This document shows, one piece after another, positions 11,439 through 24,530 of a stretch of 64,000 bases of DNA. Source of the DNA: Octopus vulgaris (Eukaryota); assembly GCA_951406725.2 (NCBI GenBank), contig OX597814.1, positions 124,124,001 to 124,188,000 of the forward strand, given 5' to 3'. The first letter of the stretch is position 1. Every line of letters starts with the position of its first letter. The notes under the pieces were generated by a model. That model was not told where the DNA came from, searched no databases, and saw only the letters and a program-made list of their open reading frames with translations. A program made the position numbers and the translations under genes.

Positions 11439-11522
<84 letters not shown>
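11180..11522. repeat. Compound tetranucleotide array (CCAT/TCTG, TCAG/GGTC, TCTG, TCTA)
   Basis: Direct inspection. Confidence 0.9.
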
Positions 11523-11524
<2 letters not shown>

Positions 11525-12164
11525 ACAGATTATTTTTTTCTGTATTTTTGCAAGAAGAGAGGTGACAGGGACTTTGAAGTTTTGTCTGGTTAGTCTTTGA
11601 CACTGTGACAAAAGCAAGCAGACTGAAACTTTAAAGTCAATGCATGGGCGACTGATGGTTATCCATAAACAACCTTGCCTGGACTTGTGCCTCAGAGGGT
11701 AACTTTCTAGGTGCAATCCCATGGTCATTTGTGACAAAAGAGGGTGGTCTCATATATATATATATATATATGTTTGTGTGTCTGTGTTTGTCCCCCCACC
11801 ATCACTTGACAACCAATGTTGGTGTGTTTACGTTCCCTGAAATTTAGCAGTTCAGCAAAAGAGTCTGATAGAATAAGTACTAGGCTTACAATGAATAAGT
11901 CCTGGGGTCGATGTATTCGACTAAAGTTGGTGCTCCAGCATGGGCACAGTCAAATGACTGAAACAAATAAAAGAATAAAAAAAAAAATACTATACGTATG
12001 CAAGTGTATGTGTGTGCGTATATCTTCATCATATTTTAATGTCCGTCTTCTATGCTCGCATAGACTGGACAATTTGTCAGAGTCCAGAGGGTCTAAGGAT
12101 TGTGTTATGCATCGCCTCTGCTTTGGCAAAGTTTCTAGAGTTTCATGCTCTTTCCAATGCTACC

Positions 12165-12197
<33 letters not shown>

Positions 12198-12631
12198 TGT
12201 ATGTATGTATGTATGTATGTATGTATGTATGTATGTATGCATGCATGCATGTATATGTGTGCATGTGTGTATGCATTTTTATGCTCACACATTTATATTT
12301 AAACTGTAACTTCACAGATTTACTTAATTTATATGACTGTGTGTATGTATGTATGCATATACACGTGCCCATTTATGTTGCATGTTGCTCTCTTTCTCTA
12401 TCTCTCTTTCTGCATACATATATATATATATGCGTGTGTGTGTGTGTGTGTATGTGTGTGTGTGTGTGTATGTGTGTGTGTGTGTATATACACATATATA
12501 TATGCATACATACATACTTCCATACATATATATACACATACATATGTACTTACATACACATGCATACACATAATGTACATAATATAAGTATAGTAAGAAT
12601 CATATAGTCATGATGACATATGTATATGCGA

Positions 12632-12682
<51 letters not shown>

Positions 12683-14179
12683 CATGTATGTATGGTTATA
12701 TATATATATGTACGTATGTATGCATGCATGCGTATTTCTTTAGTATTTAGTAGCAAGTTAAATAATGCTATTTTAGTGGGATATTATGACAATGTGTAGC
12801 TATTTATATAACTCTGTGTTAAAACAACTGCTAGTAATAATTGATCTCTTCCTGGCCTTACATTTTAAAAATACATTTTCATTGCAGTTAACCAGAAGCT
12901 ATTTCATATAACATATTTCATATTATTTTGCTCTTAGATGTCTCCATTTATCTTAGCGCTGCCATTAAGTATTAACAACAACAACAACAACAACAGCAAC
13001 AACAACAACAACAACAACAAGAACAACAGCAATAGCAACAACTACAACACATGCTTTCAAAACCAACATAGCAAAACAAAAGCAGTATATTCTGCTATAG
13101 ATGAAGGTTTTGGTTGTTTGAAGTCGAGGCGGTATAAGCTGTGTTTTTCATTTCAAATAGGTTGAATTACTTCTGTAAGATATAATGGCTTTTGTCTCAC
13201 TGCTATCTGTGTGTTTTATTAGCAATAGGAAACTTTAATGTTCTGTTGTTGCCTGTTAGAAACAGTTTTCTTAATGGAGCAGAAAAACAATGAAGAAATT
13301 GGACTTAGGTGATGCCTACAGTTGTGTTGTCTTTCTGCAGTTTTCCAATGATTCCTAGTGCCACTAATATTATCAAAATATAACACAGCAATTAATATTG
13401 CAGATAAGACTTTATGCTTTATGTTTTTGTTGTTGTTGTTTCATCCATATAACGGAATGTCTGTGATAGTTCCAGATATAAATTAAATTTGAGAAGAATG
13501 CTGACAGGGAATCAGAAGACTTGATGTGAGCTATCAGGAGTTCAATGCAATGTTAATATTACTGTTTAGCCCCTGGGTCATCCCTAGATGAACAAACCTA
13601 AGTTCAAAGGCAGTTTAGCTCTGACTATCTTGTCTTTTCAGACATAGTTTTTCACAGAATACATTGTTAATTATGTACTTCCTTTTTATAAGATGGTATG
13701 TTGCTGATTTGAAGGAAATTTGGTTGCTGTTTCTAGCAATGGGTACTTAAAAATTTAAATGGCTTTCTAGACATGATGAGAAGCAACTCAATCAGTTATT
13801 TCTGTTCCGAGGTTGTCATCATCATTATTTAATGCTCCCTTTTCTATGCTTGCAAGGGTCAAATGGAGTTTGTTGAGACAAATTTGTCTGTGGCCAGATG
13901 CCTTTCCTGTGATCAAGCCTTAAGTGTTTCAAACCATGGCTAGTCATGTTTTTCATGGAAAACTAGAAAAGAACAACCTCACTTATATGATGCGGATATT
14001 CATTCACAACCATTACATGATGTCTAGACACAGGTGTACACACACACAAACACATACACACACACACACACGTGTATCCATATATACATGCTCCCTCCCT
14101 CCTTATATATATATATTACAGAGATGTACTTGCATAGCGAGTGACCTGATCTGAGATCATGTGTTGCAAAAAAAACAAT

Positions 14180-14429
14180 TGCAGCGTGGAAGGAGTTTAT
14201 AAGCGATTTAAGAAACACACAAAAACCATTAAATTCACTTCAACATTTAGATTTAATTTGCCAAAATATTTTCGTCACTTTGAGACTGCAACCTGTTCCC
14301 TTTTGTCAGAGAACAGGTTGTGGTCTCAAAGCGTGAAAAATATTTTGGTAAATTAAATTCAAATGTTGAAGTGAATTTAATGGTTTTTGTGTGTTTCTTA
14401 AATGGCTTATAAACACCTTCCATGATGCA
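14180..14429. repeat. Inverted repeat with ~120-bp arms and a 12-nt loop, PLE-terminus-like
   Basis: 14180-14298 is the reverse complement of 14311-14429. A related sequence lies at about 32290-32440. Confidence 0.82.
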
Positions 14430-14544
14430 TATATATATATATATATATATGGGATTAAATGCTAACTTTAATCTAATTCATTAGTGTGCCGAGCTATACC
14501 TTGTGATATATATATTCAATAATTAGGGAATGGAGTAGATAAAA

Positions 14545-14638
14545 TCCAGTCTACATATGTTTCATGATTAGCAGACCCTCAGAAGTAGTAATTATTCAAA
14601 AGGAGGGGTAGACTGCAAGCTGTTCTTCAGGCTAAGGA
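14545..14638 (-). ncRNA. Type-I hammerhead-like motif with long stem II
   Basis: Minus strand reads CTGAAGA ... GCAG..ACCCCTC/GAGGGT-CTGC ... GAAA-CATATG-TA-GACTGG. Palindromic stem III ACAUAUGU; stem I is degenerate. Confidence 0.5.
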
Positions 14639-14708
14639 TACCTTGATTACATAAAGCTTACATTGAGGTTAGGAGATCCTGTGTTAACCTGTAGGGGAAT
14701 TCATCAAA

Positions 14709-14746
<38 letters not shown>

Positions 14747-14852
14747 AATTAAGGACTGAACAATTGGTATATATAAATATTTTAATCTTCGGATTCTTTT
14801 TTAATATGCTAGACCACTGGTCTTAATTGATAAATATCAATTTCTACCCTTA

Positions 14853-14898
<46 letters not shown>

Positions 14899-15038
14899 CA
14901 GTAGAACCTCGGTTTATGAATGCCTCTAATCATGAATAAATTATGCTTTATATATATCTATATCTATCTATATATATTTAAAGCACAATTTATTTTTGAT
15001 CAGAGTTGTTCGAGAACCGAGGTACTAAGGTACTACTG
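14899..15038. mobile_element. Tigger/pogo-like MITE
   Basis: TA-flanked TIRs CAGTAGAACCTCGGTT / AACCGAGGTACTA(AGGTACTA)CTG. Confidence 0.72.
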
Positions 15039-15060
15039 TATATATATATACATATATATA

Positions 15061-15500
15061 CTAGCAGTATAGCCCGGCGTTGCTCGAGTTTTTTTTTTAG
15101 TTGCGCTTAAAACGGCAAACTTTGACATCGCGTTAACAAAGTTTTGACATAGGTTCAGTCTTTTTTGGAAAGTAAAAATTTTGCATTATATAGCTTGTTA
15201 TTCTCTTTAAGTGAACAGTTTTCTGGTTGAAATACCTAAAAAAAAGGCGACATAGCAGTCAAAAAATCATAAAAATAGGGATCTTCATAGAAAAAAAAAG
15301 CACCTTTTTGATGTAAATAATTTTTGGCCTTAACATGGTCCGATTTGAAATTTTTCTTCTATGGAATGAAGAGCAATCCTTCTTCTATCCTACTTTCAAT
15401 TTTGGTCGACTTGCGCCACAGGGTCTCGGAGGAGATAGTGTTAGTTGAAGGCTGCCAAACCTGCCACACACACACAGACAACTTCAGCTTTATATATATA
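15061..15500 (-). mobile_element. Non-autonomous Helitron
   Basis: Minus-strand 3' end has hairpin CTCGAGCAACGCCGGG followed by CTAG-T. The 5' end TATATATAAAGCTGAAGTTGTCTGTGTG is typical of metazoan Helitron termini. Confidence 0.72.
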
Positions 15501-15664
15501 TATTTGTATATATATGACAAGCTTCTTTCAGTTTCCATCCAGCAAATCCATTCACAAGATTGTGGTCAGCCTAGCAGTAAAAGGCTTTTGACCAAGGCAC
15601 TGCACTGTGGGACTGAACCAAAAATCACATGGTTGGAAAGCAAGCTTGTTATGCCTGCAAAGTA

Positions 15665-16050
15665 ATCCAACAAGTGCTGAAAGTGGTTGTAATGAATGTG
15701 TAATAAACAGTTATTGGAAGGAATTAGTGGGAAATGTTCAGGAAGTTGTTACTTGTGTTTGGAACCAAAGGTCTTTTTTCCATATATGTATAAAGACTGT
15801 ATGAAGACATACATGAAGTGTGTATGAAACATATGAGTGATGCTACATGTTGGTGAGACATGGTCATGGGTAGGTGTTAAATGTGAGAGATCTGTGGAGG
15901 CTGAAAAGAAATGTTGGATGTGAAATATTAATGTGAGATGAGAAGGCGATTATGTGTTAAAGATTCATTGAAATATAATGGTGGAGAGTGATACAACAGC
16001 AAATATCGGGGGATAACTCTGTAAAAGATATGAGTTGGTGGTGCTATGCA
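15665..16050 (+). mobile_element. Highly decayed RTE LINE ORF fragment
   Basis: Remnant motifs resembling 'W..FR.LL....TKGL' and 'MLHVGETW', with frameshifts. Confidence 0.5.
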
Positions 16051-16158
16051 AGAGCAAATGTAGACATGATTAGAAGGGGAACATTAACAAAATACATTTA
16101 GACACTATTCAGGAGACTGAACACATAATACAGAACATACACAGAAAGCTGTACATAA

Positions 16159-16575
16159 GGCATGAGCTGGCAGAAATGTTAGCACACTGGGTGAAATGCT
16201 TAGCCGTATTTTGTCTGTCTTTACTTTCTGAGTTCAAATTCTGCTGACGTCGACTTTGCCTTTCATCCTTTCGGGGTCGATTAAATAAGTACCAGTTACG
16301 CACTGGGCTCAATATAATAAACTTAATCTGTTTGATTGTCCTTGTTTGTCCCCTCTGTGTTTAGCCCCTTGTGGGTAGTAAAGAAATAAGTATTTCATCT
16401 GTCTTTATGTTCTGAGTTCAAATTCCACTGAGGTCGACTTTGCCTTTCATCCTTTTGGGATCGATAAATTAAGTACTAGTTACGCACTGGGGCCGATGTA
16501 ATCGACTTAATCCCTTTGTCTGTCCTTGTTTGTTCCCTCTATGTTTAGCCCCTTGTGGGCAATAAAGAAATAAGA
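16159..16575 (+). mobile_element. SINE family B, internally dimeric
   Basis: Body repeated at about 16390. TSD agaa(a/g)gctgtacata. Confidence 0.82.
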
Positions 16576-17566
16576 AGGCTGTACATATAGACCCTTCTAC
16601 ATACATACATACATACAATAGACAATGCTGTATATACACAAACTACAGGGTGTACATAAGCAGACCACTGTACATACACACATACAATACTGTACATTGA
16701 ACTTACACAGATAATACTGCATATATACACATTGATGTATGTATACACACACACACATATACACACATAATCTATATAGGTCACTGTTTACAACTGTCCA
16801 TAGATTACATTGTTCATATGCATACTACTGTACATATATACACTACTATATCTAGACAAGCTCACACAGGATGTTGATGACACACAGATGAGTGTACATA
16901 CACAAGACTGCATACATAGAAAATTCTGTACATAATCACTCATAGAAGACTGTACATACACACAGAAGTGTATAGGTTTTTTGGCTAATGGAGGAAAAAA
17001 AAGGGTTGATTTGCATGAAATATTACACTGATGGAAACACAAACAGCAATTTCTAATAAAAAGTCTTTTTTATCAAATGACGTTACGCAGTGCAAACTAG
17101 ACAACATGCAACTTGAAAGAAATATTGTTTTCTGCCTTTCTTAACAGCAAAAATATCAATTATTTGGTCAACATTTTTTGCCAACAGACATGTTGACACA
17201 CTTTTGATCAATATCTAATATTGGTACTCTGTATAATGAAGTTTGACCTTTTGTACTTCTCATATATGTCTTCAGTGAAGTGTGGTCTCTGAATGGGTGT
17301 TCTGAAAGTACTTGAAACAGCAAGAATTGTTGCCAACATACAAATGATTTTGTTCAAGACTGGTAATAAATTGTGGATATAAACTTTGTAGACAGTTTCA
17401 GTAGCACCAGGTGCTGTTCGCTGCTAGTGAATTTTTGATGACTACATATTATGGTCTGTGACAAACCTTGTCAAGATTTCCTGTTCTGTCTTAAGAAGAT
17501 CCAGGTCAACATCTTTATATAATGCTACAAGTTGATAGTACTTATATATGTTATCTGAAATATATT

Positions 17567-17745
17567 ATCGTCATCGTTGTCATTGTCATCCTCCTTGTCA
17601 TCACCATTGTCACCCCCGCACCACCACCACCACCACCACCACCAAAACTACCCCCACCACCACTAAAACCACCACCAAAACCACCACCAAAGCCACCACC
17701 ATCACCACCACAACCACTGCCGCCACCGCCACTTTAAATGATAAC

Positions 17746-17817
<72 letters not shown>
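17567..17817. repeat. (CAT/CAC)n followed by (GAT)n trinucleotide arrays
   Basis: Direct inspection. Confidence 0.9.
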
Positions 17818-17818
<1 letters not shown>

Positions 17819-19209
17819 GTTTTGAATTAATCATGCATTATCTTGTAGCTTTAAGAATTTGATGATGTGATTGTATATTTTTAGAATGACATTGTAGCTA
17901 AGTTTAAAAAGCTGAATTTACATAAAATGTAAAATATTTTGGCCAGATATGGCTTGGTTTAAATGCTAGAGGGTTAAAGTGAACCGTGTGTCATGGAGGA
18001 TTTCTTTGGTAGTTTTCCCCCTAACATCTCAGAGTATTTCCAAATGCTTTCAAAGTTCACTTTATTTCTGCAGTCAGTGAGAATTTCCTTCATTACTGTT
18101 GCAGTTCTTGCTCTTATAACTGCAATCTTTCCCTGCAGCTATTTACAGGTGATGTTTGTATTTGACAATATTAGTCTCATAGCACAACCAATCCAATTAA
18201 GAAGCCAAAACTGTAAATGGCATTCAATAATGCCCTGCTGTTTGTATTGTCTTAGGGTCTTGATCATTTGTTGAGCCAAGCAATACCTTTATGATATTAT
18301 GTAATTGCTCTATTATAGCCTACACTTCTTCATTTCTCCAACCATTTTGTAACATTCTGAGATTTAAGTGTTTATATAATTTGTCCATCAAAGGCTGTGA
18401 TGCTTTTAAAGCATGCATACTATTTGGGATTAGCTTGCAAAAAGTTGTAGAGGATCTAGATAATTCCCTAGAACATTGGGGGAGTGGTTCAGTATTGATT
18501 TTAGAGGTGCCTGTAACAATGTATATTGATGTCAAATGAAGGTAAACCTTTAACTCATGTTGCAAAACCTCTATGAACACAATTTCTTATTTCTTTACTG
18601 CTCACAAGGGGCTACACACAGAGGGGACAAACAAGGACAGACAAATGGATTAAGTCGATTATATCGACCCTGGTGCTTAACTGGTACATATTTAATCGAC
18701 CCCGAAAGGATGAAAGGCAATGTCGACCTCGGTGGAATTTGACCTCAGAATGTAGTGGCAGCATGGCCACAGTCAAATGACTGAAACAAGTAAAAGGGTT
18801 AAAGAGTAAAAGAGTAATAGCTGAGGTCTGATGCTTATGTAGATCTATGTGACTTTCAGTTCTTCTAAGAGCAAAGAATATCCTTGGACTGAAGATGTAG
18901 AAGTTTTAAAATGCTACCATGGTTACAATCAGAAACTTCACCTGCACTATTGCAGTTCCCTGCACATCTTTGTTGAACTGTGAACAACAGAATTTCAATC
19001 AAATTTTCACAAACTCTCAGTTCTATGCTAATTACAGCTTGTTTACAGTATTTAGTTGACATGACACCAATGTTTTGTGCTTCAGTTGACCGTTTTTTCC
19101 CTGGATCCTAGTTTACTGATGACAAGCACTTTTGCATCAGCCTCCTGGCTTCCCAGACCCCAGTCGAACCATGCAATCCATGCTAGCATAGAAAGCATAC
19201 GTTAAATGA

Positions 19210-19241
<32 letters not shown>

Positions 19242-19289
19242 ATTGTGCGCTGGCTTGTTATATTTTCCAATTTTAAAATATAGAAGTGT

Positions 19290-19866
19290 AAGTGTAATTG
19301 TGCAGTAAGAAGTTTGCTTTCCAACCACATGGTTCTGGGTTCAGTCCTACTGTGTGGCACCTTGAGAAGGTGTCCTGTGCGATAACTTTGGGGCAACCAA
19401 AGCCTTGGAAGCAGATTTGGCAGATTGAAACTGAAAGAAAGCCATTGTATATACATATATATGTGTCAGTGTGTGTTTTTGTGGTTTGTGTCTGTGTTTA
19501 TTCTTCACCACTGCATCACAACTGATGTTGGTGTGTTTATGTCCTCATAGCTTAGTGATTTAGCAAAAGGGACAAATAGAATAAATACCAGGTTTAAAAA
19601 AAAAAAATAAGCAGTAGGGGCAATTCATTTGACCCCCAAAAATCTTCAAGGTGGTGCTCCAGTATGGTCACAGTCTAATGACTGAAACAAGTAAAAGATA
19701 AATAGGCACAGGCGAGGCTGTGTGGTAAGAAGCTTGCTTACCAACCACATGGTTCTGGGTTCAGTCCCACTGTGTGGCACTGTGGGTAAGTGTTTTCTAC
19801 TATAGCCTTGGGCCAACCAAAGCCTTGTGAGTGGATTTGGTAGACAGAAACTGAAAGAAGCCCGTC

Positions 19867-19909
<43 letters not shown>

Positions 19910-20120
19910 GTATATGTTTGTGTGGCTGTGCTTGTCCTCCCAACATTCGCTTGACGACCAATACTGGTGTGTTTACGTCGCTGTAACTTAGCGGTTCGGC
20001 AAAAGAGACTGATAGAATAAGTACTAGGCTTACAAAGAATAAATCCTGGGGTTGATTTGCTCGACTAAAGACAATGCTCCAGCATGGTTGCTGTCAAATT
20101 ACTGAAACGAATAAAAGAAT
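19290..20120 (+). mobile_element. Two tandem SINE family A copies (junction near 19704)
   Basis: Two consecutive head-body-tail units. Confidence 0.8.
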
Positions 20121-21959
20121 AAAATAAAATACTGTATGAACACAAACCTTAACACTTGTCAATGTCATAGAACAGTCAAGGATGAAGTGTAAAATGTTCT
20201 CTCATTGAGTTTCTCATACTGGACCACATCTTGCTGAATATTTTTAGCTTATATTGTGACAAAATTGACTGAATTTAAACCATTGTTTGTGATTATGTTC
20301 TTTGCAGGCTGTGGAACCAGTCATATCCTTGGGCCACATTCATTTCATCTTCTTTTTTAGATTCAGAAGAGCCAATTTCTATAGACACTCAAGGGTATTT
20401 TTGTGATATTCTTATCATCAACGTTAACAAAGCTGTTCACATTGATGGTTTGGGAAGAATGTTTTGGCTATAGATATATCAATTATCATTCCTATCTTCA
20501 TCTGACAAATTTGGCAGTTAATGTTTTCAAAAAAAAAACGTACTCAGATAAAAGTCACTGTCTGAGCAGCATAAATGGCCCTAACATGTTTTTCTTTGAA
20601 AACCAGAGTCTATTTGCTGCCATATTCTGCACATTGATGCATAGACAATAAAACTGTTTGCATGCTTTATCATGATGAGATTTAGTATGTTCAATTTGGA
20701 TTTGGTGTTTGACAAGAACATAACATGCAATGGGAAGAATAACATTTCTATAAATAAATTTCAAAGTGAGAGTGTTCAGCTTTCCATTTCTGAAAGCCAT
20801 ACAAACAATGCTACATCAAAGACTAAATATAAAAAGATTGAAAAACTTCAGGATTTCCCATGAATAAAAATAAGAGTGTAACAAGGGAGTTAACTTGCAG
20901 AAATATGTGCATTGGGTTAATTTCTCTAATCTTGAAAAGAATTAATTTAGATAAATTTAAGGAGGTTGTTAAGCATGAATTTTTGTTGATTATTAGCCAG
21001 AATTAATTTGACTTCATTATTAACCTTGTTAATTTGATAATCTTTTTTATTTTTCTGTCTGATTTTTTATCATTTTAATTTCCTTTTTTTTTCTGAAATT
21101 TTCCTATCTTTTTGCTTGAAAACTAAAGAAGGCATTTTCACCCTTCCTTCCTTGATTTGTATGTCCATGTATGCAGAAACTCATGTACAACCAACTGTAC
21201 ATACAGAAACTACTGTACATGTACAATCCGCAAAAAACAATCATCATCATCATAATAATAATAATCATCATCATCATCAACAAAATAAAACAAATGGGTA
21301 CACACATTTCCATATACACTCAAAAGACTATATACACACTGACTACAACACATATAGAATACTGTACATAAAATACTACACACAGACTACAGATGCATAT
21401 AGAAGACTGCATGCACATACACAAGACTGTACAACTATACACATACAGATGTGTAGACACACAAAATAATGTGTATGTGTGTGTGTATATAAGACTGTTC
21501 ATATAGTAAACTGTATACACACAGACTTTTGTACTCTCACAAAAGTGTGTACATACTTCACATATACTGAAGTGTGTACATACATAGAAAACAGTACCTA
21601 CATACAAAACTGTATATAGTCTAAATATACAGAGAAGACCGTACTCATATTTGGAGCTTTTGGAAACCATTTTTTTTCATGCTCAGAATTGTTGACACAT
21701 GGCATAAAGTGCTTGCAACATTTGTTTGCTGCACGCTACAATGTCCAAAAATTCCATGCTTACTGAAATTCATGAAACTTACTCCTGGCATACTCACACA
21801 TCACTTTCCTTTTTATGACTCTTCACTTCTCTGTCTTCACGTGTATTACATATGTGCTTTTGATTATCACTGCTGTCTTTCTTTACTTGACTCATTACTC
21901 CTTTCTATTCCCTCTTTTACCCTTATCAGATATGTTCTAGTGTACACGCAAGTGAGACC

Positions 21960-22550
21960 ATAACCTTGTGGCCTATGCCAGGGGTGTAACCAGTCCATTT
22001 ATGTGTACCTTTCCTTCATTGGACACTAAACTCTGCTTGCGAAGACCTGTTGACACAAGTGAAATCGAATTGAAATTTGATGACTGGCATCCATGCTAGT
22101 GGAGCGCTAAGAGTACCACACGAGCGTGATCATTACCAGAGCAACAACCTGGCCTCCGTGTCGGTGGCACGTAAAAAGCACCATTCGAGCATGATCGTTA
22201 CCTGTGTTGCCTTACTGGCACTTGTGCTGGTGGTACATGAAAAAACATTCGAGTGAGGTCATTGCCAGTGCTACTGGACTGGCTCCTGTGCAGGTGGCAC
22301 ATAAAAAACACCATTTGAGCGTGACCGTTGCCAGTACTGCCTGACTGGTCCTCGTGCCGGTGGCATGTAAAAGCACCCACTACACTCTCAGAGTGGTTGG
22401 TGATAGGAAGGGCATCCAACTGTTGAAACTCTGCCAGATCAAGACTGGAGTCTGGTGCTGCCATCTGGTTTACCAGTCCTCAGTCAAATCGTCCAACCCA
22501 TGCTAGCATGGAAAGTGGACATTAAATGGTGATGATGATGATGATGATGA
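21960..22550 (+). mobile_element. RTE-associated 3' UTR repeat (family C) with ~66-bp internal tandem units and (GAT)n tail
   Basis: GGTGGCAYGTAAAAAGCACC units and GCATGGAAAGTGGACATTAAA(TGA)n end. About 15 copies in the window. Confidence 0.78.
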
Positions 22551-22581
22551 GCTCCTTATTATCATACAGATTAATGTACAC

Positions 22582-23504
22582 CAGTGGTTTTCAAGCAAGG
22601 TCCATATGACACTTGGAGGTTCATATAAAACTTTCAGGGGACCATGCGAGCAAGATAGCAAATTGGGAATTGGCAGTAGTATTCTAAGTGTTCGACTGAC
22701 TGAAACCATGATCGTGGACAATACCAGAGCCACTGACTGGCAACCATGCCGGTGGCATGTAAAACACACCATTCATGCATTGGACCTCATGGAGGCAGTG
22801 ATGTCAAGCTGAGTGAAATCGTAGTCATGGCTGATGTTAGTGTCTCATAACTGGCCTGTTAAAAGTGCCCTTCAATCATTGTGCTTGTGAAGACCTGTTG
22901 AACTGAATTAAATTGTAGTTGTGGATGATGCCAGTGCCATCTGACTGGCACCCATACTGGTGGCATGTAAAAAGCCCCATTTGAGCATTGGGCCTCATGG
23001 AGGCAGTGACAGGTGACCAAGATCCTTGGCAATATACCTATTTCTTTACTACCCACAAGGGCCTAAACACAGAGAGGACAAACAAGGACAGACAAACGGA
23101 TTAAGTCGATTATATCGACCCCAGTGCATAACTGGTACTTATTTAATTGACCCCGAAAGGATGAAAGGCAAAGTCGACCTCAGCGGAATTTGAACTCAGA
23201 ATGTAGTGGCTGACGAAATACCACTAAGCATTTCGTCCGACATGCTAACGTTTCTGCCAGCTCGTCGCCTTGGCAATATACCATGCTTGCATTGACCTAT
23301 CAAGTTAAGTGAGATCATAGTTGTGGCCGGAGTTAGGTCAATGGCACACAAAAAGCACCCACTACACTCTTGGAGCGTTTGGTGTTAGGAAGGGCATCAA
23401 GTTGTAGAAACCTTGCCAAATCAGATTGGAACCTGGTGCAGCCCTCAAGCTTATCAGTTCTCAAACTGTCCAACCCATGCCAGCATGGAAAGCGGACGTT
23501 AAAC

Positions 23505-23576
<72 letters not shown>

Positions 23577-23810
23577 GAATGAAAAAAAATTTTGTTTCAG
23601 ATGAATTTATTGCAAGAAACAGCTAGGTTTCTTTCTCCAACGTTTTACATAGTTCAACCTACACAAGTTAATGTGGGAAAAACAAAATAGGAATTTCGAA
23701 AGAAATATCTATAAAAACTACTTTTTAAACATCGAATGCCGATGGGGGTCCACCAGAATAAAATAGTAATCAATTGGGGTTCATAGATAAAATATGGTTG
23801 AGAATTACTG
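22582..23810. mobile_element. hAT-Charlie-type MITE carrying nested RTE and SINE insertions
   Basis: TIRs CAGTGGTTTTCAAGC / GGTTGAGAATTACTG and an 8-bp TSD ATGTACAC / ATGTATAC. Confidence 0.75.
23039..23269 (-). mobile_element. SINE family B
   Basis: TSD ccttggcaatatacc at 23024 and 23268. Confidence 0.85.
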
Positions 23811-24054
23811 ATGTATACATACGGACTACTGCATATGCACGGTTGACTGTACATACAGATTACATAAAAGGCTGTACATATTAGACTACTGTACACACAT
23901 ACACATAACGTACTGTATACACACAGAAAAGACTGTTAATATATACAATGTTTAGTGTGTGAGTATAATAGTAATTTACATTGTAGACTGTACAAACACA
24001 AGACTACTGCTTATGCACAAAAGGCTGCACATATTGTCTCTTCCTCCTCCTTTG

Positions 24055-24237
24055 GGCACGGACATGGCTGTGAGGGTTGCTTCCCAACCACATGGTCCTG
24101 GGTTCAGTCCCACTGTGTGACACCTTGGGCAAATGTCTTCTGCTATTGCCTCAGGCTGACCAAAGCCTTGTGAGTGAATTTAGTAAATAGAAACTGATAA
24201 AAGCCTGTCATATTCATATATACATGTGTAATACACT

Positions 24238-24269
<32 letters not shown>

Positions 24270-24530
24270 CATACACACACACACATATATATATGTATGC
24301 GTGTGTATGTGTCTTTGTATCTGTGTTTGTACCCCACCACCACTTGTGAACCAGTGCTGGTGTGTTTATGTCCCCTGTAACTTAATTAGCAGTTTAGCAA
24401 AAGGCTCTGATATATTAAGTACTAGCCTTAACAAAAATAAGTACTGGGGTTGATTGGTTCAACTAAAAATTCTTCAAGGTGGTGCTCCAGCATGGCCACA
24501 GTCTCATGACTGAAACAAGTAAAAAGATAA
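24055..24530 (+). mobile_element. SINE family A
   Basis: Similarity to the other copies. Confidence 0.78.

Larger units (their letters stand above)
17120..20870 (-). pseudogene. Fossil hAT (ZMYM1-like) transposase, fragmented by SINEs and microsatellites
   Basis: Collinear minus-strand pieces: NHGSILKLLHLQSKD (~18900); IHCYRHL, LYNFLQANPK, LLNAIYSFGF, LILSNTN..LQGK (18000-18540); and dimerisation domain LKTYMRSTKGQ...VDQIIDIFAVKKGRKQYFF (17120-17280). Stops and frameshifts throughout. The 20130-20870 extension is tentative. Confidence 0.75.

Noticed and set aside
11816-12607. Longest ORF (263 aa) and the many YIYI/VCVC/HTHT/DDDD ORFs
   Set aside because: These are translations of SINE sequence and microsatellites, which lack stops by composition.
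16960-21175. TIRs/TSD for the hAT fossil
   Set aside because: The ends are too degenerate to demonstrate an inverted repeat or an 8-bp duplication.
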